The notes under the pieces are model-generated. The model worked only from the letters and a program-made list of their open reading frames with translations, searched no databases and was not told the DNA's origin. The position numbers and the translations under genes are program-made. Shown piece by piece: positions 45,892 to 54,653 of a stretch of DNA of 64,000 nt. Source of the stretch: Epithemia pelagica (Eukaryota > Protista > Bacillariophyta). Numbering within the stretch: the first letter of the stretch is position 1; each line of letters starts with the position of its first letter. Where the stretch lies: positions 744,001-808,000 of the forward strand of contig OX337228.1 in NCBI GenBank assembly GCA_946965045.2, given 5' to 3'.

Positions 45892-46666
45892 CATTCTGGC
45901 TCTTCTCTTCTTTCCGACTCTCGAGGTGCTGGACACGCCGAGAGGGCACAGTCAAAGCTCTCTTCTTCCAGAATGATGCTGATGATGGTGGAAGAAGACT
46001 GTCTCATAAGTCATTTCGACACAATCATCATCAATTTGTTTCGATCCAACGAACGTACTCTCTATAAGATCCATAAGAGTATGGAAGGCATTGAACTGCA
46101 TTGTACTGCTGTGTATTGGACAGCGATTCGGAAACAAGAGCCAGAACGCCCATGGTCATCGAAGGACAGGATTTCACATGATGTAAACGTTCCCTCCACA
46201 ACCACATGGTCGACGCGCGCGCGTTCAAATTATCGATAATTACATATGGCTATCAAATAGTACAACGGTCCGCTTTCAAGCATGGCTCGCCAAGAAACCA
46301 AGACCAAACAAGACACCGATCCGTGGAGGGGACAAGAAAGTCCCTCCCCCTCCAGCCTCCTGTCTCATTTTTTCAGATGTACACAACAAACGCTGTTTGG
46401 AGAGCGGACAAACCTCATCTCACGTTTTGGACTTTACGGAGAACAAAAACAGAACCAAAACGATGATCGATCTTAGCCTCACGTCGCACAGTTCGGGCGT
46501 GGGGAGTGTGAGAGACGACAAACTGCGACAACGGAAATCAAACCGCCACACGCTCCAGCCGGGTTTGTGTTGCAAATGACTTGAGATAAACAGAAACCCG
46601 TGGTGGTTGTGGGATTCCCTGGGTTGTGACTCCTTCAGTATTCACGTCCAATCATTCGTATCGACC

Positions 46667-49265
46667 ATGACAGAAGAACCGCCACGAAACAAGAAGCCAA
46701 GAGAGTCCCCGTGGACAATCGATACGGCCGTGAGTGACAATGGAAAAGAAAAAGTTTCCGTTAAAGTCTACGACGAGAAAGTAGCTACGGCACTCCAACA
46801 AGAAATGGACGTGCTCCAAGACAAGGACGCCACGAAACTCCTGGCGGAATGCTTTGGTCAGTGTGTAAAATATTTTGGGGGAGACAAGAGCCAACGAGTA
46901 GATGGAGTTTGACTGTGGTGGTGGAGACGAGAGTAGCGGCCATGGTCTCTCCAGTCCCAAAGAAAAAGCTTGTGACAAGGTTGTAGCCTCGGATGGTAAT
47001 CTTACCGTTGGTCAAGCAGTGAAAGAAATGGAGAAAATGGTGGCCAAAGAGGAAAACATCTCTTCAGGCTTCGTGTACAGGCGAGTTGGAGAACATGATA
47101 TGCAGACAGTCTCTGTCATGCAAATGGGCGGAGAACCGGCAGTACATTGGGTTTCAACATACAAAGGCACCGACAAGGCGTGTGCGTCCCTCGTCACCAT
47201 AAATTTCTTTGATTCTAAGCAAATTCGAGTCAGTCCTGTAACAGAATACCAGCTACTCAGGGCAACGCAAGATACATCAGGTATTGCGGGAGTAATCCAA
47301 GCCCAAACAGACAAAACAGTTACAAACATTTCGATTGATGGAATGCCAGTTTGGCCACTCAACCACGAGTATGTCACCCCGTCTCATAACAGTCTCGGTG
47401 GCTTCTTTGAAGATGTTGCAGCATCTGACAAGAATTGGACAGTGGTTGTGGCTGGTGAGAGTGGAAGTGGTAAGACTGTTTTGGCATGCACGGCACCTTC
47501 CAAGTTCGGATATGCGACGTTGTACACAAAAGTGGGTGAAGCGGAAATCAAATTGAAGCCCGAAACTCCCCGTTTCCATACATGGCGAAAGCTGGTCCAA
47601 GCGGCAATGAACGTTGTCCAAGAAGAAAACCGCCCGCTACCCCAGGGAATGTTGAAATTCAAGTCAGCGCTGAACATTTATCGGAATCAATGGGCACGGC
47701 AAGTCCTGCTCTCTGTGATTGGTCGGGCTGTCGAGCATGACAAAACATTGGTGGAATGGTGGGGTAGATCTAAGCATGGGTCGGAATCCTGTTTGGAACA
47801 GGCTCCAGAGAAACTTGCGATTGTTATCGACGAAGCCACGGATCTTGATTTGGCTAAGGGAATTGTGGACATTGGCCGCCAATTCTGCAGCGATTTTGCA
47901 TCCTTAGCGACGGAAAAGAAGATTCGATTAGTTGTTTGTAGCACGGGGCTAGACGATCTAGACGCTGCAACAGAGAAAATTGGCACAGACGAATCGAAGA
48001 GTAAAACAATCATTGTGCAGGAGCCCAACATAGAGAGAGTGCTGGAATCGGAAAAGCTATTTCGTGCTCCTCTGAACCAAGTCTTAGATCAGAGCCGTAT
48101 CGCGAAAGCTCTATCATCAAATACCCGCATGCTTTTTCGTGGGCTTCTCACTACACTTTTGCTCGACATGCATTTCCGTGACTCTCTAGCGAACTCGCGA
48201 GATTCATCGAATTCTGCTGTGGTCGGTCGGCTTGTTGAGTTTTGCAATACTCCGGCGTTTATCGGCTATGCTGCACGTTTGTACATTGGCAGCAACATTG
48301 TCAAAAATCTAGCTCTATTGGACGAGGCCTTTGTATTTCACCTCTTGTCCGAGACAACGGGTTTGGACAATGATTTTGTGACGATGGTGAAGGGAACGGA
48401 AGCTGCCGAGCGAAGGGAGGTTAAACCAGATGCAATCTTTCACAGGGGACTGGCCCGAAGAGGATCTACATCTGCAGCTTTGCGATATCTCTCGTGTTGT
48501 GGGTTGTCCTGTCCTGTGGACATGGCAAGAGGTGCCGACTTTGAAACTCTTGTATCTTTTCATCTGTCGCGTGTCATGCAATTGCGGGGTAAGACAGTCT
48601 CCCGCCTTGAGCTCAAAGAGGCGTGGCCTCGACCGAGTGGGGGCGGAACACTCAGCCTGAAACGAATCCAGCGTCTGAGAGATGATCTTCGAGAGGTGCC
48701 CAAGGGTAGTCGCCAGAATGATCACATCAAGGATATCCTGGGAAAAGCAAATGGATGCATTGTCTTTCTTCAGCGGTACCCGATGGCTCAGGGCCCCGAC
48801 ATATTTGTTGTTTTTGTTGACGGAAGGAAACTTGTGATTCATGTTGTTCAATGCAAGCACTTGAGGGTACTCCCCGAATTTGCAACAACGAAAACGTGGT
48901 GGAGTTCGCTCGGGGTTCATGTATCTGGGAGTGGGGAAACTCTCAAGTGGAATTGTGACCGAACGTGCCTCTGCCCTGCGGCATGTCCAAAAGTCGGAAT
49001 TGAAGGATTTGCGCAACATCTTCTAAGAGTAACAGGCCTTGACGAGTATACGATCCAAAAGAGGGTGATGGCAACTTCCCAGCCCTATCACGTCATGGAG
49101 GCACACATTCCCCTGAACAACGACCTTGGTTGTCAATTCCTTTCGTTGGAGATGTTGCAGCCTACGTACTCGGTATTTTCTCCGGAGTATAGGTCAATGA
49201 CTGAAGAAGAAGAAGTATACATCGAAACCATTCATGGTTCTAGTTTGTCGTCGGACAATGAATGA
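46667..49265 (+). pseudogene. Crinkler/RHS-like P-loop NTPase + PD-(D/E)xK nuclease, copy B; 11-nt deletion at ~46901 (ORF 46902-49265, 787 aa, intact from an ATG)
   Basis: Same Walker A/B motifs; GPDIFVVF...VVQCKH; lacks TCGAGATCGCG, which is present in copy A. Confidence 0.72.
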
Positions 49266-49665
49266 AGAAGTTGACTATCACCAGCAGTGGCCAAGTATTT
49301 CCACGCCTCCATATAACATAAAACGAGACTTCCTTCTAGATAACATACGTAGTGGGTAGGATGGCCTGTCGATGTGGAGAACGAAGTTGTCCGTGATAGA
49401 TGGTCGGGGAGATTGCAAATCATGCGGCCGTTTTGGACCAGTGAGGCTCGAAAGGGAGTCTCGTTGTTTTGTTCCAATGGCACGACGCCTTGTTCGGGAC
49501 CTACGGATACATTCATTTGCAAGAGTCGTTGGAATATGGTCTAGACTCGGCCGCTGGCAAGGGCTCGTTTCGCGATCGAGTCGGCGGATGTTCCAATCTC
49601 ATCGTCGATATTGCTGCCGTCAGTCGCCGTATTTGAACTTTCCGCTCCAAGACAATGCAAGCCGG

Positions 49666-49794
49666 TACCCCCAAGCTGAGGGTGAGTATTTAGTCGCATA
49701 TAAGTCGTACCTGAAGGGTAAAGGAATGCACGTACGAGTACAATAGTGCATTCGACGTATGTGCGACTAACAACTCACCCTCAGCTTGGGGGTG
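49666..49794. mobile_element. 129-bp foldback MITE of the same TIR family as 12795-15332
   Basis: 21-bp perfect IR ACCCCCAAGCTGAGGGTGAGT (49667-49687 / 49773-49793), extending imperfectly to ~41 bp; inner GAATGCAC/GTGCATTC IR; 10-bp TSD TGCAAGCCGG at 49656-49665 and 49795-49804. Confidence 0.92.
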
Positions 49795-49974
49795 TGCAAG
49801 CCGGCTTGCTGACTCCGTCTGTAAGTCAGCCGTTTCGTGAAGGCGATGAAGATAATCGATGGCGGTGTGAGTTTCTTCTCGTTTGCTTCTATCAGCAGTA
49901 TGATATTCTTGCAATTCTGTCCCGTCCATCGAAGCACTTGAGAGACACATAGGTCGAGTAAGCAAAGAGGAGGA

Positions 49975-50901
49975 ATGTCAACGGAAGACGTGGAGGATGA
50001 TAGCACAGCTCGTGGTAAGAGAGATGGAAGGGGCGGAAGGAGGGGCCGCGGGCGCGGTCGTGGTCGCAACAGAAGCAATAATAACCGTGGCGGCGGCGGC
50101 GGTGTTGACCAGAGCAAGTGGAGAGCGCTAGAGAGACCATACCGTGAATGGCTGGTGTCGTCGGGAATTGCCATAAACGCTGCAGCTTTCAATAGTCTAA
50201 CGGTCGAACAACTTATTTCTGCAAGGTCCGCGTACGGGTCAGCCAAGTCCAGGACAACGGAGGAGTCAGACCTAATGATTCTCCTGAGAAGTGTGCTCAT
50301 TTCTCAAACAAATCCTTACGCTGTGATTAGTTACTCACACGATTCGAAAGAGGATTCAGAGGAAACGAAAGAGCAGTCGATAGCTTTCTATGGACTAGGC
50401 AACAAAAGTTTCTGCCAAGTACTTGGCCAGCAACCAGAGCAGATCAAGATTGTCAACGCACATGTTTGGCCTCGGAATGGAACGTCAACTCTCCCAGTCT
50501 TTGGTTTGCAACCGGATGATGTTCATAATCCAAGAAACGTTCTTAGATTGCACCAATGTATTGAAAGGGCTTTTGATCGAAGGCAGATGGTCTTTGTTGC
50601 GGATGCCCATGATCGAATTGTTGTCAAATTGCTTGCGTCGGAGATACGTTCGACTTTGCTGAAGGGAACCGCAACGACTTTTTCGGATATCGACGGTTTA
50701 CCTTTGATCACTAAGGTAGCGGGCCATTTTCCTTACAGGCAGCTTCTGGCCCACCACTCCGTTCTAGCGCATCGTTGGGCGAGAGAACAGGGCTGGATCT
50801 CGGACGATTTAGCCGCCGAAGAAGTGAACGCCGCTGCTCTAATGGGACATTCTCTTGATCCAGAAGCCCAAGAACGTATCAAACTGCTGTGGCGAAAATA
50901 A
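49975..50901 (+). CDS. HNH endonuclease (HNH_2 / Crinkler-type) with an RGG-rich N-terminus
   Basis: CQVLG...VNAHVWP...DVHNPRNVLRLHQCIERAFD...PYRQLLAHH signature. Confidence 0.8.
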   Translation: MSTEDVEDDSTARGKRDGRGGRRGRGRGRGRNRSNNNRGGGGGVDQSKWRALERPYREWLVSSGIAINAAAFNSLTVEQLISARSAYGSAKSRTTEESDLMILLRSVLISQTNPYAVISYSHDSKEDSEETKEQSIAFYGLGNKSFCQVLGQQPEQIKIVNAHVWPRNGTSTLPVFGLQPDDVHNPRNVLRLHQCIERAFDRRQMVFVADAHDRIVVKLLASEIRSTLLKGTATTFSDIDGLPLITKVAGHFPYRQLLAHHSVLAHRWAREQGWISDDLAAEEVNAAALMGHSLDPEAQERIKLLWRK

Positions 50902-51428
50902 AGCACACCGACACCAAATAGGGTCCGAAAACTGTGGTCAAGGGGCGGTGGAAGAAATCCCACTGTCAACGACAATTGTGGCTTTTACAACGACAAATCA
51001 AACAGTCGACTCGTAATTTTGTGGGAGGAAGTCATCAAAACGATTGCATGTTTGAAGGTGGCATTCTTATATTATGCAATCTGGTTGTAGTCGTCCAAAA
51101 AAAAGTCATCGCGTGTTGCTTCATGGGTACTACTAAATCTATGATATCTACTGTGTTCCTTCCGTTATGGTGAATTTTTCACACATACAAAACCAGAGGG
51201 TATCTCTCAGAAATTCGACATACAGGGCACGTTTCCCCCTCGTGAGGAAAGGAATTCGATGCAAGGGTCCTGCTAACTCGGAAGCTTTTCGGAAGATGGC
51301 ATGACCCAGCAACCAAACTCGACAGACTGATGTATCTAAGCAGCTCCACCTTCGTCGGACTACAAGATGCGAAACTTGGCAAACGCACCAACACGGAACG
51401 ATAGGTCCAACAAGCGTCGTGATTGTCA

Positions 51429-53696
51429 TCACGGTTGTTTCGTTTGTTGATTGACGGATTGCATCAATTGAACGGCCGGTGCGACCTTGGCGGTAAGGGT
51501 TCGTCGATCGTAGTTGCTGCGTTGCATGGCCACACTGTGTCCCATGTACAAGGCCAAAGCTTCCAATTCTTGTTCCGACGCATTGGTTTCCCCCCGGACA
51601 TGGGTGACCAAAATATCGCGCAACAAGTGTGGATTGACTTTGCGTCCCGTCACCTTGAAGCACGATCGCGAGACACGTTGAAAAATAGAATCGCTCGTCA
51701 TGGGTTTTCCCGTCCGAGATTGAACCAACAAACAATTCGTCAAGGGTTCCAAACAGGGTCGCCAGTGCTGGACAAAGTCATCCAAGGCTGGTGTCAGTTC
51801 GGCCGCCAAATGCAAGGCGGGACGTTCCCCATAGTGTTTGCCTGTCTTGTAATCTTCCGGTCCATGCTTGACCATCCAATCACCCGTTGTGCTATCTTTA
51901 AGCAGTGTTCGGCCAACTTCCAGTTCTCGAATGGTCCGTTGTCGATCGGGAATACTCGCAAAAATGGCCAGAATGAGGTATCGTTGATAGGCCTCGGCGA
52001 CCCGTTTTTGTTCCAAACTGTATTGCTGTGGTTGTACTGTCGCTTTGGTACTGAACTTGTGCTTGGAGGGTGGCAATTTGTGGTACTCGTCCAGGAGTTG
52101 GAGTAATTCTTGCTTGGTCTGTTCAATCACCCTCAAGTATTCGGGCCAGGTGATCCACTTTTTTTGTTCATCACTGCTCCGCGGTGCCAGTCGTTGTCGT
52201 CGATTGGCATTTCGATGCAATTTGCGACATTCTTGAATGAGCTCAATATCTTCAAAGGTATGACGGCCATCCTGGCAGGTGGATTCCTGGGCAAAGCGGA
52301 ATTTCAGTAGTTTGATGAGACCTCGCAACAAATTGGCCTCGTACGAGACGGAAACCTCTCGACCACGCAACCACAAGACAAAGTCAATAATAACGGTCGC
52401 CGATTCCTTGTCACTGCTAGGAACGATATCATGCAATGAAACAAAGTCGAGAGGTGGATCCCTATCCACGTCAGAATGACGCTTGGTATGGTTCTGGTTG
52501 TACGAGGAGGCGCACCACCATCCCAAAAAGAGTTTGGCATGTCGCAGATAAATCTTGGCCGTGGCAGGTCGAATGGGATCTTCTTGGGAATGGGTATTGG
52601 GCAAGGTCATGAATTTGTAAAAGTCGTCCAGTTCCAGTGCCAAGGTAGGATATCGGTGCTCATAATCTCGGGGCAAACCATAGGTATAGTCCGAAGAGGA
52701 AGAATCAGTGCCAGTCTTGGTGTTGTTGTGATTGTTGTTGTTTGGCATAGGAGAAGAAGGGTCCGATGATGGGACGTTACCATTACCAATCCGACGACGT
52801 CGTTTCTGTGCCTTTGGATTGACAATGGTAGCATGAAAGGCCTGATTGTTGAACTTGTTGGATTCCGTGTCTGGTGTTGTAGTGTTGTTGTTGTTGCTTC
52901 CTTCAGGATTGGATTGGAAGGTACCGTCATTGGTTGGAACCTCCTCTTCCCGAACAGGCACGTCGTCTGGTTGTGGCAATGCTGCACCTTCGTCCGTCGG
53001 AGGTTTGAGTAGTTTGTCATTGTTTGCGTCTTGTTGTTGTTGTTGTTGCAACAGTGCCATGGCCAAGGCTCTGGTTTGATGTGCCACCAGAGGTGGAAAT
53101 TGAAAATCCGACATGAGTACGGACGAAAAGACTTCGGGACGATCGACAAAGTCTTGTGCCACCAACAAGAGTGGCATGTCATCCTGGTGTGTGTTATCGT
53201 TGGCATTCCGATTCGTTGGTTTCGCATCCTGAGGTGGAATCCACAATCCAGCCTTGTACAAATGCTCCAGAATTGGTTGCCTATGGTGCGATACCAATCG
53301 TTGTCCATGTGCCGTGGCAAACAATGGATGATCCTCGTGAGGGTCGTCTTGTCCAAGAAGAGTATGTGCGTCGTCGTCTGTGACAGAGGCTCTCAGGGCC
53401 CAACCTGCACAACATGCAGAAGCGTCCCTTTTCGTCAGCTGCAAGGTTCCAAAAGTAGTGATGCCACGTAATGGTTGGAAGGTGGGCAAACCAAATCGGC
53501 TCAAATTTGTTCTGGTTCGTGAAGTGACAAGGGAATGGCTTGGACCAAGACAGCACCACATTCCAATAAGGGAGCACAGGATTGCATTTTGATACAACCA
53601 GCTGCGGCTGCCCATGCACTGTTGGGTCGTTCTTGCTGCTGCTGCTAGTGGTTCATTATTTGTTTGATGGCTGCACCGGTTGCGGCTCCTCCTCAT
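51429..53696 (-). CDS. Tyrosine recombinase/phage-integrase-fold protein; probable start 53615 with a bipartite plastid presequence
   Basis: Catalytic set in order: PDRQRT (R), DYKT (K), PHLLR (HxxR), MGHS (H), NYDRR (Y). From M28: hydrophobic signal peptide, SHS|L cleavage, then an S/T/R-rich acid-free stretch. Confidence 0.8.
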   Translation of the reverse strand: MRRSRNRCSHQTNNEPLAAAARTTQQCMGSRSWLYQNAILCSLIGMWCCLGPSHSLVTSRTRTNLSRFGLPTFQPLRGITTFGTLQLTKRDASACCAGWALRASVTDDDAHTLLGQDDPHEDHPLFATAHGQRLVSHHRQPILEHLYKAGLWIPPQDAKPTNRNANDNTHQDDMPLLLVAQDFVDRPEVFSSVLMSDFQFPPLVAHQTRALAMALLQQQQQQDANNDKLLKPPTDEGAALPQPDDVPVREEEVPTNDGTFQSNPEGSNNNNTTTPDTESNKFNNQAFHATIVNPKAQKRRRRIGNGNVPSSDPSSPMPNNNNHNNTKTGTDSSSSDYTYGLPRDYEHRYPTLALELDDFYKFMTLPNTHSQEDPIRPATAKIYLRHAKLFLGWWCASSYNQNHTKRHSDVDRDPPLDFVSLHDIVPSSDKESATVIIDFVLWLRGREVSVSYEANLLRGLIKLLKFRFAQESTCQDGRHTFEDIELIQECRKLHRNANRRQRLAPRSSDEQKKWITWPEYLRVIEQTKQELLQLLDEYHKLPPSKHKFSTKATVQPQQYSLEQKRVAEAYQRYLILAIFASIPDRQRTIRELEVGRTLLKDSTTGDWMVKHGPEDYKTGKHYGERPALHLAAELTPALDDFVQHWRPCLEPLTNCLLVQSRTGKPMTSDSIFQRVSRSCFKVTGRKVNPHLLRDILVTHVRGETNASEQELEALALYMGHSVAMQRSNYDRRTLTAKVAPAVQLMQSVNQQTKQP

Positions 53697-54653
53697 GGTG
53701 TGGTGAGAGTCTTGATGCTAAACTGCCTGACTATTTGCAATCTTAGTTCGATAATGTGCCAGGGGGGACGTTGTTCATTGCCAAAAAGGTATCCAACCTT
53801 TTGTTGAACACCACACACACACAAAATGTGGAGTGTCCCAATCTTCTTTTGTTGTATTGGAATGTCAGAACCAAAGGTGGACTTCTTGTTGTCTAGCAGT
53901 GGTGGACCGCTCCTGCACACAAGCACAAGATGGTTCTTCTGGTCGTGACTGTTCTTTGGCCCCCGTTTTTCTCGCTTCGTTTTCTGTTGCGTCGTTTTTT
54001 GATTTTGTGCCATGGTCGTCGGCTTGATGGGAGCACTGACCACATTATTTGCACTTGTTCTTGTATAGAGCATACAGTACTAAATACTTCGATTGTCTGA
54101 CACACAAAGAGGGTATGCCGGCGCATAAAGCTACCCATTCCGATTCCGTGTATCCTCCTAGGAGTACGAATATAGGTACTCCTAGTACCTCTAGAGGAGT
54201 AGGTAGATCTATCGTCTTCAAAATTCATATAGATGTACATATCCATCCGCTCTCTCTTTCCTGTACCAGAGTGTCGTCTGTTTCATTATGTGTGATATCG
54301 TTTATAGGATTCCTGGATATAATAGTATACTACGGTCTCTCTCTCTTCCCATGTGTGTGTCGTGTTCGTTTGCGTGTTTGGATGAATTTATGGTAGTGTG
54401 TGAGTTTTGCTTGCGGTGGTGTAACTGCGGTGGGTTGGTTTTGGAGACACAAACCACAACAACACCCAACAAAAAGAGGCACAAAGGAGAATCATCATGT
54501 GTGTGTGTGTGTACGATTGGCTGAAAATAATATGTATATAACTCGTGGGGGTACCCATAATGGCCACCTCTAGACTGTTGTTGTTGGTGGTGCTGCTGTT
54601 GTTTCTCTCCATGTTGTGTCCCTGTTGTTCGGTTGTCTGACTGTCTCCAGTAT

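Larger units (their letters stand above)
45440..51997. repeat. Tandem segmental duplication, copy 2
   Basis: Homologous to 37701-45437. By eye the NTPase genes are in the mid-90s % identical, the recombinase 3' part ~97-98 % and the low-complexity 5' gene part clearly lower. Confidence 0.8.

Noticed and set aside
38745-53696. Integron- or shufflon-like system (tyrosine recombinase plus repeated module plus cassettes)
   Set aside because: No attC/attI-like or short inverted recombination sites border the slot, the duplication cuts through the recombinase gene itself, and the enzyme appears plastid-targeted. Kept only as a remote possibility.
51429-53696. Recombinase as part of a DIRS retrotransposon or Crypton
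   Set aside because: No RT/RNase H, ICR, terminal repeats or element boundaries were found around it.
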